A DNA stretch of 59,864 nucleotides, the filler included. It is 8 parts of 8 records of this genome, joined end to end, with 100 filler letters (N's around TTAATTAATTAA, not from the genome) between each part and the next. Parts side by side here need not be neighbours in the genome. Positions count along the whole stretch, not along the records: positions 1 to 12,297 come from SRR31156797_10778; positions 12,398 to 21,329 come from SRR31156797_10780; 6 more parts are not named here. One strand, written 5' to 3'. The notes under the pieces are model-generated. The model was not told the DNA's origin. It saw nothing but the letters and a program-made list of their open reading frames with translations, and made no database searches. Position numbers and translations under genes: made by a program. Positions 9,782 to 19,862 of the stretch are shown piece after piece; the first letter of the stretch is position 1, and each line of letters begins with the position of its first letter.

Positions 9782-10021
9782 CTATTTGATTTTTAGATAG
9801 AACATGGATCGGCCGTCTTCATCTTTGACGCCGAGTAATTCATGACCCGCTTTTTTGGCAAATGAGGGGAGATCGTTTTTGGTACCCGGATCGGTGCTGA
9901 TGATCTCCAGAACCTGCCCCGATTGCATATTTTTCAGGTGTTTCTTGGTTTTGAGAAGCGGCATGGGGCAACTCAGCCCACTGCAATCCAGGGTATCATC
10001 CGGTGTGATGTTTTCCGTCAT
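9782..10021 (-). CDS. tusA: TusA-family sulfur carrier protein
   Basis: 79 aa with LDCSGLSCPMP (CPxP) and STDPG motifs. Confidence 0.9.
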   Translation of the reverse strand: MTENITPDDTLDCSGLSCPMPLLKTKKHLKNMQSGQVLEIISTDPGTKNDLPSFAKKAGHELLGVKDEDGRSMFYLKIK

Positions 10022-10095
10022 GATTTTTCCTCCAAAAATTAGAGTTTGATAAATTTAATATACATCCCTGAGCGATTGTCGGCGAAATCCGAAGT

Positions 10096-10518
10096 TCAGC
10101 AGCCTTCGTCTTCAATAATGACAAAGGCAGGTTTTTTCTTGGCTTTGGGTTTCGGCGGCGGCGAAGTTTTGGCAGTGGGTGCCGCAGCCGGCTGTTCAAA
10201 ACGGGTGGATGTGTCGGGCATGACGAGGCTCGCGTCCTTTTCCACCTTTTCGGCCAAAGCAAAAATCACGGCCTGATCATAATATACCCAGGCGGTTACC
10301 GATGAAGGATCCGCCTGAAGTGCTTTTCGAAAGTATTCTTTTGCGTCCAGGTATTTCCCCCTTTGATACGCTTCCTGACCATGTCGTATCATTTTCGCAC
10401 AGAAAGCCTTATCGGTTCCTTTCCGGGGTGACTCTTCCGCCGGGACAATGGAAGGCACCAGCAGAAACAATGCCAGTAAAAGACCTGAAAGGGATTTGAA
10501 CAGAAACTTTTTTTCCAT
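10096..10518 (-). CDS. Secreted TPR-like protein with Pro/Ala/Lys-rich tail ending in EDEGC
   Basis: Signal peptide, TPR-like helices (GQEAYQRGKYLDAKEYFRKALQADP), low-complexity linker, terminal Cys. Confidence 0.75.
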   Translation of the reverse strand: MEKKFLFKSLSGLLLALFLLVPSIVPAEESPRKGTDKAFCAKMIRHGQEAYQRGKYLDAKEYFRKALQADPSSVTAWVYYDQAVIFALAEKVEKDASLVMPDTSTRFEQPAAAPTAKTSPPPKPKAKKKPAFVIIEDEGC

Positions 10519-10691
10519 GTGAATCTCCTTGTCGGTACATTATGGATGGACGATTTTTTGAAGACAGATAAAAATTACCAAGCACGGTAATTTTTGTCAA
10601 TATGGGAAGCATGGTTGATGCCCCCTTTTGAAATCTCTTTTCTACTTGAAGTCCTGGCTGCTTTTCACTATGTCTGAATCTTTCAAATGGT

Positions 10692-12170
10692 ATGGTTGAT
10701 AATAGGAGATTTTTAATGTTTTCCCAATCAGGGGCTGCCCCCCTCCAGTTGATGCCCGAGTTGAACGAATGTCCCGAAAAGTTGTCCCATATTCATCTGA
10801 TGGGTGTTTGTGGAACAGGAATGGCCTCCCTTGCGGGGATGCTCAAAGAGCAGGGATATATGGTTACGGGTTCGGATGCAAATGTTTACCCCCCCATGAG
10901 CCTGCTCCTTGAATCTCTCAAAATTCCGGTCTTTGACGGCTATGGCCCGGGGAATCTGGCACCGGAGACCGATCTGGTCATTGTGGGGAATGTGATTACA
11001 AGAGTGAATCCCGAGGCCGTTGAACTGGTACGGCTCGGTTTGCCGTATCTTTCCTTTCCACAGGCCATCAGACAGTTTGCCATTGGGGATAAAACATCCA
11101 TTGTCATCACCGGGACCCACGGCAAAACAACCACTTCTTCATTAATCGCCTGGATATTGGAGACCGCCGGGATGGATCCGGGTTTTATGATTGGTGGCAT
11201 CCCCGGAAATTTCAAAACGAATTTCAAGTTGGGCAAAGGGCGCTATTTTGTCATTGAAGGGGATGAGTATGATTCCGCTTTTTTTGACAAAGGACCTAAA
11301 TTTCTTCACTATAATCCCTCATATACCATTTTAACCAGTATCGAGTTCGATCATGCCGATATTTATCGGGATCTGGATCATGTGATCGGCAGTTTTCGAA
11401 GACTTATGGATTTGATGCCCATTGACGGATATCTCATTGCCAATGGAGACGATAAAACCATTTGCGGTGAAATAAACCGGTTGCGCTGCCAGGTTGAAAC
11501 CTACGGTTTCGGCAAGGACAATCATTGGCAAATGGCGCATATGGTTGATTCGGAAAAATTTACCGTGGTTAAAGTGCTTCAGGGGGGGGAGGTGCACTCG
11601 ACCTTTGAAACGCCCCTCTTTGGTCGCCATAATATCTCCAATTGTCTCTCCGCCGTGGCTTTGGCATATGTGCTGGGTGTGCCTTCCGACACCCTGTCAA
11701 GCGCATTGAAGACTTTTAAAGGGGTCAAACGGCGTCAGGAGATACTTGGAGAGAAGAAGGGCATTAAGGTGATGGATGATTTCGCCCATCACCCCACCGC
11801 CGTAAAAGAAACCGTTCGGGCCGTGAAACGGAAATACCCCCATCGGCGCCTGGTTGTCGTATTTGAACCCAGAAGCAACTCCAGCCGCCGGAATATTTTT
11901 CAGACGCAATACGCAGAGTCGTTTGATGATGGGGATGTTGTGATGATTCGTGAGCCCCCCATGATGGAGAAAATCCCCATGGCGGAACGTTTTTCAGCCG
12001 AGCAACTGGTTTCAGATCTGGGGAAGAGGGGGCTTAAGGCCCATTGCTTTGCGGATACGGATTCGTTGCTGGCATATTTGTTGTCCGGGGTCAAGGCGGG
12101 AGATATGGTGCTGATCATGTCCAACGGCGGTTTTGATAACCTGCACCAAAAATTGCTCAAAGCCATATGA
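10692..12170 (+). CDS. mpl: Murein peptide ligase Mpl / MurC family
   Basis: GVCGTGMASLA, GTHGKTTT, IEGDEYDSAFFDK, DDFAHHPTA and MSNGGF. The true start may be a little downstream. Confidence 0.88.
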   Translation: MVDNRRFLMFSQSGAAPLQLMPELNECPEKLSHIHLMGVCGTGMASLAGMLKEQGYMVTGSDANVYPPMSLLLESLKIPVFDGYGPGNLAPETDLVIVGNVITRVNPEAVELVRLGLPYLSFPQAIRQFAIGDKTSIVITGTHGKTTTSSLIAWILETAGMDPGFMIGGIPGNFKTNFKLGKGRYFVIEGDEYDSAFFDKGPKFLHYNPSYTILTSIEFDHADIYRDLDHVIGSFRRLMDLMPIDGYLIANGDDKTICGEINRLRCQVETYGFGKDNHWQMAHMVDSEKFTVVKVLQGGEVHSTFETPLFGRHNISNCLSAVALAYVLGVPSDTLSSALKTFKGVKRRQEILGEKKGIKVMDDFAHHPTAVKETVRAVKRKYPHRRLVVVFEPRSNSSRRNIFQTQYAESFDDGDVVMIREPPMMEKIPMAERFSAEQLVSDLGKRGLKAHCFADTDSLLAYLLSGVKAGDMVLIMSNGGFDNLHQKLLKAI

Positions 12171-12266
12171 TGCGTTGACGGCCAACCAAAAAATAGAAAA
12201 GGCTTCCGGCAGGATTACGCCAAAAGCCTTTAAGGAGGTGTTCCATGGAGCGTTGGGGGTGTTTTT

Positions 12267-12297
12267 TGGTGCCGGAGGTCGGAATCGAACCGACACG
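12267..12297 (-). tRNA. 3' fragment of a tRNA (probably Leu), truncated by contig end
   Basis: Reverse complement CGTGTCGGTTCGATTCCGACCTCCGGCACCA contains a T-arm, the acceptor 3' strand and CCA. The anticodon is not visible, so the isotype is inferred. Confidence 0.8.
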
Positions 12298-12397
12298 NNN
12301 NNNNNNNNNNNNNNNNNNNNNNNNNNNNNNNNNNNNNNNNNTTAATTAATTAANNNNNNNNNNNNNNNNNNNNNNNNNNNNNNNNNNNNNNNNNNNN
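12298..12397. other. Artificial contig spacer
   Basis: 100 bp of N around TTAATTAATTAA; composition and gene content change across it. Confidence 0.98.
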
Positions 12398-13081
12398 GGT
12401 TTTACTATTCCTCATGTGAAATTACCGGCAATAAAAAAACCACAAACGGGCGATATTGTGATCTTTGAGTACCCGCAAGATAGAATGTTCGACTATGTTA
12501 AGCGCTGTATAGGTACTCCAGGTTCAACAATTGAAGTAAAAGATAAAAAAGTTTATGTGAACGGTGAGTTGTTTGAAGATCCTCCCGAAGCAAATATCAA
12601 TTACAATTATATTCAACCGGCTTCATTTGTAGATTCCCGCATTTGGCCACAGGGTCATGGCAATCAGGATCAATATCCCTCACTTTATATCCCAAAGAAA
12701 GGTGATATTATTAATCTTGATTCTGCTAACCCGACCTATGCATACAATATTATGCAATTGGAAAAACAAAAGGTATCCTATCAATTCGGGAATTGGTATA
12801 TCAAAGGTGAGCGGGTCCATAGCTATAAAGTCAAGCAGGACTATTATTTCATGATGGGGGACAACAGGGATAACAGTGCGGACAGTCGATTCTGGGGAAT
12901 GGTTCCATACAGTTACATAAAAGGTAAGCCCACAGGTGTCCAATTCTTGCTATGGGATAAAACATGGAAAAAGGTCCTTGTAATAAGTGGCATGGCTATT
13001 TTATTGTTTTATGCTTTTTTCTGGGATTACATAAAAGACCGAAGGAATAAGGAAGAGGAAGAATCTTCCCCGAAAAAATAG
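12398..13081 (+). CDS. lepB: Signal peptidase I, 5'-truncated
   Basis: GDIVIF, YVKRCIG (catalytic Lys) and MMGDNRDNSADSRFWG. The frame is open to the contig edge. Confidence 0.92.
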   Translation, partial: GFTIPHVKLPAIKKPQTGDIVIFEYPQDRMFDYVKRCIGTPGSTIEVKDKKVYVNGELFEDPPEANINYNYIQPASFVDSRIWPQGHGNQDQYPSLYIPKKGDIINLDSANPTYAYNIMQLEKQKVSYQFGNWYIKGERVHSYKVKQDYYFMMGDNRDNSADSRFWGMVPYSYIKGKPTGVQFLLWDKTWKKVLVISGMAILLFYAFFWDYIKDRRNKEEEESSPKK

Positions 13082-13155
13082 TTATTTAATTTTTTATAAG
13101 ATCATTCAACTCTCCGATTTATCGGACTTTTGTTGCTTGAACATGGAGGTTGTAA

Positions 13156-14535
13156 ATGGAAAAATATAGTGCTCCACCGTATCGTATTAAAATGGTTGAA
13201 CCCATAAAACAGACGACTCGTGAAGAAAGAGAAAAGCTACTTGTTAAAGCACATAATAATTTATTTTTGTTGCCCGGGGATGCAGTATTTGTAGATCTGT
13301 TGACCGATAGCGGTACCGGTGCAATGAGTCATTTCCAATGGGGCGCGCTCATGGAAGGTGATGAGTCTTACGCCGGCAGCAAGAGTTTCTATCGCTTACG
13401 TGATACGGTTAGATCTATAACAGGATATGAGCATGTAATGCCAGTTCACCAGGGAAGAGGGGCAGAGCAGGTAGTTTTGCCATTATTAGCTGATCGTCCC
13501 GGAATGTTTTTTATTTCCAATATGCATTTTGATACGACAAGGGCACACGTTGATCTGGCGGGAGCGACTGCCGTAGATTGTGTTATTGATGAATGCTTAA
13601 ATATTGAAGAGTATTTTCCTTTCAAGGGGAATATGAACCTTGAGAAATGTGAAACCTATATTAAGGAATTTGGAAAAGAAAATATTGCCGGTATTATCAT
13701 GACCATGACCAACAATTCAGCAGGCGGTCAACCCGTGAGCATGGAAAATTTACGTCAAGTTAGAGCGCTAACACAAAAATATGGCATTACCTTGATCATT
13801 GACGGAGCACGATTTTCTGAAAATGCCTGTTTTGTAAAACAACGTGAAACAGGTTATGAGAACAAAAGCATACTTGAGATCGCCAAAGAAATGTTCGATC
13901 ATGCCGATATATTTCTTATGAGCGCTAAAAAGGATGGCTTGGTCAATATAGGTGGACTTGTTGCGATCAAGGAAGATGAAGAATTATTCAGCCAATGTCA
14001 GGGGCGAGCGGTTCCATATGAAGGTTTTCCAACTTATGGCGGTCTGGCAGGCAGGGATATGGAAGCATTGGCCGTTGGCCTTATGGAAGGTCTTGAACTT
14101 GATTATCTTCAACATCGTTTGGATCAGGTTCGTTATCTTGGTGATAAACTAAAACAAGCCGGGGTGCCGATCCAATATCCTGTCGGAGGGCATGCGGTAT
14201 TTGTTGATTGTAAAAGCATCTGTCCTCACATCCCATTCGATCAGTTTCCTGCTCAATCTGTTTGTAATGCCCTGTATCTTGAAGCCGGTGTCAGATCTGT
14301 GGAAGTCGGTTCATTGCTTATGGGAAGAGATGCCGGAACAGGTGAGAATATTGAAAGTCCTTTTGAATGGATGCGTTTAGCCATTCCAAGAAGAACATAT
14401 ACTTATGCTCATTTGGACCTTGTGGCGGAAGCCGTAAGCGCTGTTTATGAAAAAAGAAATGAGCTGAAAGGATTATACTTTGAGTATGAACCAAAGGTGC
14501 TAAGGCATTTTATGGCGAAATTAAGCTATACTTGA
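13156..14535 (+). CDS. tnaA: Tryptophanase (beta-eliminating lyase)
   Basis: DLLTDSGT, HQGRGAE, PLP motif MSAKKD, YGGLAGRD. SAKKD and LRHF favour TnaA over tyrosine phenol-lyase. Confidence 0.85.
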   Translation: MEKYSAPPYRIKMVEPIKQTTREEREKLLVKAHNNLFLLPGDAVFVDLLTDSGTGAMSHFQWGALMEGDESYAGSKSFYRLRDTVRSITGYEHVMPVHQGRGAEQVVLPLLADRPGMFFISNMHFDTTRAHVDLAGATAVDCVIDECLNIEEYFPFKGNMNLEKCETYIKEFGKENIAGIIMTMTNNSAGGQPVSMENLRQVRALTQKYGITLIIDGARFSENACFVKQRETGYENKSILEIAKEMFDHADIFLMSAKKDGLVNIGGLVAIKEDEELFSQCQGRAVPYEGFPTYGGLAGRDMEALAVGLMEGLELDYLQHRLDQVRYLGDKLKQAGVPIQYPVGGHAVFVDCKSICPHIPFDQFPAQSVCNALYLEAGVRSVEVGSLLMGRDAGTGENIESPFEWMRLAIPRRTYTYAHLDLVAEAVSAVYEKRNELKGLYFEYEPKVLRHFMAKLSYT

Positions 14536-14695
14536 TTTTTTATCAGGAATCTTAACTTTATAAGCCTGGTTATCAAATTCTTAACTTATGTTTAACACCC
14601 CGTTAAATATAAATCTAATTAACTATCATATTCTCTTATTCGCAATAGTTTGTATACTTATTTATTAATGTTGTGTTAATTCTCTTGTGAAGGTA

Positions 14696-14897
14696 TTGCA
14701 TGGATTGTTAATAAGTGTTATAATTGATCAAGCATAGTTATTTGATATAAATGGCAATCTTGTCAATATCTCGTATTGCATACACTCAATGCCCACAATA
14801 TTTTGTGTAAAAACATTAAGTGTTAATAAGAAGTAGAGATAAATGTTATTTAAATAAATACGTTAATCACTTGCAATTCAACAATATATGTTATAAT
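14696..14897 (+). promoter_or_regulatory. Two tandem sigma70-type promoters
   Basis: TTGCAT-N17-TATAAT (14696-14724) and a second TGnTATAAT ending at 14897 with TTGCAA upstream. Confidence 0.5.
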
Positions 14898-14963
14898 TTG
14901 TATATTAGAACAAGTGATTTATTGTTCTGACCAAACAAAGATTAAAAAGATAGGGAGAATAAA

Positions 14964-16139
14964 ATGAAGAAATTATTGTTAATCGTTATGATGTTGGTTC
15001 TTGTTGCAACACCAGCTTTTGCAGCCTTAGGTACTATACATCTCTTATATACTAATGGACAGATCGTAGAAGATTCAGTTGGTACTTTTTATGAATTTGA
15101 TATTGAAGCCTATGTTTCAGAAGGAAATGAAGTGCTTGGTGCTGGTATGGCGTATATCGAATACCCAACAAGTGTGTTTGGTGATCTTATGATCACAAAC
15201 AATAAGGTGGAAGTATCAAAAATTGGTATTCTTGAAGGCACGTTCCCTCAAATGTCCATCTATCTTTACGACATCATTGAAAATGATACTTACGCTGATG
15301 TTTTTGCTATCACATTTGATTCTCCATATACCGGTCAAACGGATCTTAAACAACATTACTCAGAATTATCAAGTGATCCTCTTTCACCTTCAGGTTTACT
15401 TCATGTTAAAATGGAAGTTGCCAATTATGGTGTGGGTAACGTTTTATTCCCCGCGTACATCCCGGGACTTGACAATGTTTATTTCAACTTTGAAAATGAA
15501 ACATTTTCAGGTGGTTTGAACATTTCTGAAGCAAATGCAGAAGTAAACTACGCAGATCCTGATCCCGATCCTGTTGGTTCATTAACTTGGAAAAGCTTTA
15601 CAGCAGGTTGGAAGAAGAACGTTATTGAGCTTAAATGGTCAACTAAAGATGAAATTGATATTGAAGGTTATGTTATCAAGCGTTCAACCAATGGCGCTGA
15701 ACCAGTAGAAATTGCCAGTTATTTAACAGATCCGACTTTGATCTCACAGGGATTAGTTGTATCAAGATATGTAATCAATGATGAAAATGTTATGGCAAGC
15801 AATTCTTACACCTACCTTATCGAAGCAATCGATATTGTTGGAGCGGCTATTGCTTCGACTCCTGTTGACGTATTAACTGAAGGCGTTGTTGAGAGTTCAT
15901 ATCCGAATCCTTTCAACCCGAGCTTTGTTGTTCCCTTTGAATTGTTTTCAACCCAAAGCGTAAATGTCAAACTATATGATATGACGGGTAAGGTTGTTAA
16001 AAATATTGCTAGCGGTGATCATGCTGCCGGACGTTATGAGTACAGGGTAAATTGTGATAATCTCAGTTCAGGTGTTTATCTGCTGAGAACAGTTATCAAC
16101 AATAATCCAACAACACAAAAAATGTTGCTGGTTAAATAA
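14964..16139 (+). CDS. Secreted protein with Ig/FnIII-like region and T9SS-type-A-like C-terminal domain
   Basis: Signal peptide (ATPAFA) and C-terminal YPNPFNP...LSSGVY...KMLLVK. Confidence 0.8.
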   Translation: MKKLLLIVMMLVLVATPAFAALGTIHLLYTNGQIVEDSVGTFYEFDIEAYVSEGNEVLGAGMAYIEYPTSVFGDLMITNNKVEVSKIGILEGTFPQMSIYLYDIIENDTYADVFAITFDSPYTGQTDLKQHYSELSSDPLSPSGLLHVKMEVANYGVGNVLFPAYIPGLDNVYFNFENETFSGGLNISEANAEVNYADPDPDPVGSLTWKSFTAGWKKNVIELKWSTKDEIDIEGYVIKRSTNGAEPVEIASYLTDPTLISQGLVVSRYVINDENVMASNSYTYLIEAIDIVGAAIASTPVDVLTEGVVESSYPNPFNPSFVVPFELFSTQSVNVKLYDMTGKVVKNIASGDHAAGRYEYRVNCDNLSSGVYLLRTVINNNPTTQKMLLVK

Positions 16140-16159
16140 AAGAATAAGAGAGAGAGAGC

Positions 16160-16188
16160 AAAAAACCCCTCGTCTAGAGGGGTTTTTT
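16160..16188. terminator. Bidirectional intrinsic terminator
   Basis: AAAAAACCCCTC-GTCTA-GAGGGGTTTTTT. Confidence 0.9.
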
Positions 16189-16211
16189 AATTATACCAAA
16201 AATTATTATTT

Positions 16212-17480
16212 TTACTCGTCACGCTTCATCTTCGCAATGAAGAATCCATCACTATTATATTGATGCGGTAGTATTTGCAAGTAATCTTCTTTACGATCAG
16301 GGATGCGAATTGCATGATCTTTAAGATCTTTATCAATGGATACAAGTTTGAATTCAGGATGTGATTTAAGGAAATTATTAACTTGCATCATGTTCTCTTC
16401 CGGGATGATGGAACAAGTGGCGTAGACCAGGTTCCCACCGGGTTTAACTAATTTTGCATTGTCGTTCAATATTTTCTTTTGCTCATTGACGTAAAAAGCC
16501 AAACGTTCTTCAGTCAATTCCCATTTTCTATCCGGATGTCTACCATAAACACCGGTTCCGGAGCATGGTGCGTCAATAAGCAAGATATCGGCCTTATTCT
16601 TATATCTGGCATGGATCTTGTTGATAGGCGTCAATTGGATATTTCTCACGCCAAGACGTTTTGCTCTAATAACCAATTCCTTTAATCTCGAAGAATATTT
16701 ATCACTGGCGATGAGTGTATGTTTATCACCTTGGATCGCTGCCAGATGTAGGGTTTTCCCACCGGCACCGGCACAGATATCTATGACAATATCATTTTCA
16801 TCGGGATTACAAATATGTGCGACCAATTGTGAACTTTCATCCTGAAGGTCGAATAACCCTCTTTTAAAGGCAGGATTTTGACTCATATTTATATATTTTT
16901 CCAAACGCAGAGCATCAGGAGAAAGGGAGCCGAGATGAAAAGGGATATCTCCGAATTTTTCCATTAGCTCGGGTGTGGTGATCCGAAGGGTATTTGTTCT
17001 GATATGGACACCTGGTGATTCAAGCAGGGCAGGAAGGCAGGATTCCAATTCTTCCTGGCTGTAATTATCTTTGATATGATCCCAAACCACAGTAGGCAGA
17101 GACCAACGAATATCCAACTCTTTGGGATAGATGTCCTTGTATTCGTAACTTGCATAGAATTCTGCAAGTTTGTCTTTTTTCTTGAAATCGGCTACGAAAT
17201 CATCCTTGTGCTTGCGTTTATAGGCATGGACTGTGATCAGTTCCGCAGGAATATTTTCCATTTCGCTAACTTGGTCGATCTGCCATTCATATAAACGAAG
17301 ATTTCTGATCATATCAAAGTAAAGGTCTTCAATAAAACGTCTGTCTCTGGAACCAAGATATCTTCTCTCGGAAAAATAATAACGTTTGATCTTATCAGCT
17401 GCTCTCATGGAGAGTTCTTTATTATACCACAGTGAGAATAGCTCACTGCAGTGACTTAGAAGTAAAGGTAAATTTCTCAT
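16212..17480 (-). CDS. RsmB/NOP-family RNA m5C methyltransferase
   Basis: QDESSQ, DICAGAGGKT, DAPCSGTG, YATCS and DGFFIA motifs. Confidence 0.92.
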   Translation of the reverse strand: MRNLPLLLSHCSELFSLWYNKELSMRAADKIKRYYFSERRYLGSRDRRFIEDLYFDMIRNLRLYEWQIDQVSEMENIPAELITVHAYKRKHKDDFVADFKKKDKLAEFYASYEYKDIYPKELDIRWSLPTVVWDHIKDNYSQEELESCLPALLESPGVHIRTNTLRITTPELMEKFGDIPFHLGSLSPDALRLEKYINMSQNPAFKRGLFDLQDESSQLVAHICNPDENDIVIDICAGAGGKTLHLAAIQGDKHTLIASDKYSSRLKELVIRAKRLGVRNIQLTPINKIHARYKNKADILLIDAPCSGTGVYGRHPDRKWELTEERLAFYVNEQKKILNDNAKLVKPGGNLVYATCSIIPEENMMQVNNFLKSHPEFKLVSIDKDLKDHAIRIPDRKEDYLQILPHQYNSDGFFIAKMKRDE

Positions 17481-19747
17481 TATTTCATGTACACAAATTT
17501 TTTGTTGATTGCCATATTGTTACTGCATAAGCGATAGATATACACACCCGAGGGCAGATCTTGCATATTAAGGTCCAGATAATGTTCACCGGCAGAATAC
17601 TGCTCGTCGATCACTGCGTTCACGATCGCTCCTTTCAGGTCGAATATATCTATCCTGACATGAGAATCATAAGGTAATCGAAAATAAATTCGTGTGTTTC
17701 CGTTAAAAGGATTTGGATAGTTTTGAGATAAATGAATTCGATCGGGGATTGCATGATCATCAGCGATATTAACAGGATATCTGCGTTCTAACCTAAGTCC
17801 GTCCAGTTCAATTTTACCACTATAAGGTTCTGTCTGTGTTGTTGAACCCGGACGCAACTTTATATATATCTTATAAATATTAACAGGTGCTGAAGCCGCT
17901 TCGGGAATATTTATTTCACAAGATTCAGTTCCCCAGCAATTAGTCCAGTCTGTTGGTCGGGGTTGCATATACAGTGTATACGAGGCTCCTTTGGCATCTT
18001 TGCAATATAGACGGAAATCATATTCTTTTTCATCAGTTCTGATATCCAGATAGATTGAATCCGCAAGATGGTTAATAAGAATATTTTTGTTAATATAAGC
18101 AATTGCTCCACTACCACTGTATTCATAATTTAGTTCAAGTGTTTCTCCGTTAGTTGATGAAAAGTATGAATTATCCATGTTTAAATATGAAGATGTCAAT
18201 GTAAAGCTTGAGGTATCAGAGAAATTTTCGAGAACATAAAACGATCCCTTTTCAAGGACTTTAACTTTGATCGTATCGCGGAGGCCTTGTATTTCTCCAA
18301 TGATCATTCCGTCTTCCGGACTTGATGCTGAAAAAGTGCTGTTGTCAAATGTACCATAGTCACCGGTATATGTCCATGAAATTGAATTTGGATCAGGTAT
18401 GACAGGTATTCCATTTATATCATTTGCATTAAAATTTAAATTCACATTCTCGTCGACATAGAGTAGTAGTTCATCCGCTTCAAGATCAAAGCTCTGGAGT
18501 AAGGGTGATTGTACTTGATCAATATAAAAAACAGGATTTTCGCTGATCTGAAGTGTGATCGTATCAGTGCTATTGATTAAATATGAAATTGTATCACCGT
18601 ACATATTTTCGACACGTGTAAACTGTGAGTTCGTATAGTATTTGGTGGATTTGCTTCCACTGTAAGCCCATGCAACAAATAAGGAATCGGTAAATCTTGA
18701 AATATAGGCGTCATTTATTGAAATATAACTTTCAGGTGTTTCGGCATTTGTTTTACGTATGAGGTTTTTCAAAGCAAGATATGATAGTTTCGGTGTTCTG
18801 TCAAATTCAAGCAAGCCAAAATTATGCTCGGGTTCTTCAATAACATTTCCGTCGTTTTTTAGATCATAGTATACTGCTGACTGGATTTGTGGATCCGTTT
18901 GGCAGATCAAGAACATCCGTGTAATATATTGGGCCTGCTTCTGGAGAGAAATGTTTGGCCATGCATGATGTGTAGGATATCCGAATTCACTAAAATAGAT
19001 CGGCTTATCTCCCACGTACGATTTTATGTCAGAAACGTATGATCGTAGCTCATTTTCGGGACGATAGGCAATTTGGTATAAATGGAAGGACACGGCATCC
19101 ATATAATTTCCGCCACCTGCAGCATAAACATCGCGAATAAAATCTAAACCTTCAATATAGGGAGAAGGGTTTCCTATTGCCGGAGAAGTTGCACAGCCAA
19201 TGACGGTCACACTTGTATCAATTGCTTTGATTGAGTCATAAGCAGTTTGCAATAGTGTGGTATAATCGTTTGCATTGGGCTGAGGAGTCCAAAAAAGCAC
19301 GCCATGATTTGGTTCGTTCCATATTTCGTAATGCTTAACTCCCAAGGGAGAAAAATATCCCACAACAGCTTGACAGTATCTGGCGTAAGCTTCCCGGTTT
19401 GCTTGAGTGGTAACTCCGGAACCATTGCTGGGAGCGTAGATCGAATTGTTATAATTCAAGATCAAATAAATGTCAATATTTCTGGTAAGAGCCGAACGAA
19501 CATAATGATCCACTTCAGGAGGAATGACATATATTCCCGAATCGACCTCAACATCCGACCAAAGACATTCATCGCGGATCATCTCTATTCCCGCTTCTTG
19601 AATTAGATCGAGTTGGAGTTCAACTGCAAGGGAATCCATATCGGCGCGTCTATACTGCCCTAAATGAGTTTGAACCGCATAAAAAGGGGATTTGGCAAAA
19701 AGAAATGCTGTTAATAGTATGAGTATGATACTCGTTCTGTCTCTCAT
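17480..19747 (-). CDS. Secreted clan GH-A glycoside hydrolase (GH39/GH5-like) with T9SS-type-A-like C-terminal domain
   Basis: EIWNEPN (acid/base), SEFGYPT (nucleophile), NFGLL and C-terminal QNYPNPFN...LPSGVY. Confidence 0.8.
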   Translation of the reverse strand: MRDRTSIILILLTAFLFAKSPFYAVQTHLGQYRRADMDSLAVELQLDLIQEAGIEMIRDECLWSDVEVDSGIYVIPPEVDHYVRSALTRNIDIYLILNYNNSIYAPSNGSGVTTQANREAYARYCQAVVGYFSPLGVKHYEIWNEPNHGVLFWTPQPNANDYTTLLQTAYDSIKAIDTSVTVIGCATSPAIGNPSPYIEGLDFIRDVYAAGGGNYMDAVSFHLYQIAYRPENELRSYVSDIKSYVGDKPIYFSEFGYPTHHAWPNISLQKQAQYITRMFLICQTDPQIQSAVYYDLKNDGNVIEEPEHNFGLLEFDRTPKLSYLALKNLIRKTNAETPESYISINDAYISRFTDSLFVAWAYSGSKSTKYYTNSQFTRVENMYGDTISYLINSTDTITLQISENPVFYIDQVQSPLLQSFDLEADELLLYVDENVNLNFNANDINGIPVIPDPNSISWTYTGDYGTFDNSTFSASSPEDGMIIGEIQGLRDTIKVKVLEKGSFYVLENFSDTSSFTLTSSYLNMDNSYFSSTNGETLELNYEYSGSGAIAYINKNILINHLADSIYLDIRTDEKEYDFRLYCKDAKGASYTLYMQPRPTDWTNCWGTESCEINIPEAASAPVNIYKIYIKLRPGSTTQTEPYSGKIELDGLRLERRYPVNIADDHAIPDRIHLSQNYPNPFNGNTRIYFRLPYDSHVRIDIFDLKGAIVNAVIDEQYSAGEHYLDLNMQDLPSGVYIYRLCSNNMAINKKFVYMK

Positions 19748-19862
19748 GATCTCTCCTTATCGTTCTTCGGGTAAATCTATTAAAATATTGTCTTTATTGA
19801 AATAATTAATGAAGAATTGTCGAGATAAACACTTTAGCATTTTGAGGTAAAATTACTTATAA

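Noticed and set aside
10040-10098. Possible Sec read-through of the TGA after ...EDEGC
   Set aside because: The nearby hairpin is short and its loop starts only about 7 nt after the UGA; the read-through peptide has no recognisable motif.
12133-12345. ORFs running into N-runs (also 29770-29976 and 40170-40565)
   Set aside because: Artefacts of translating through the spacers.
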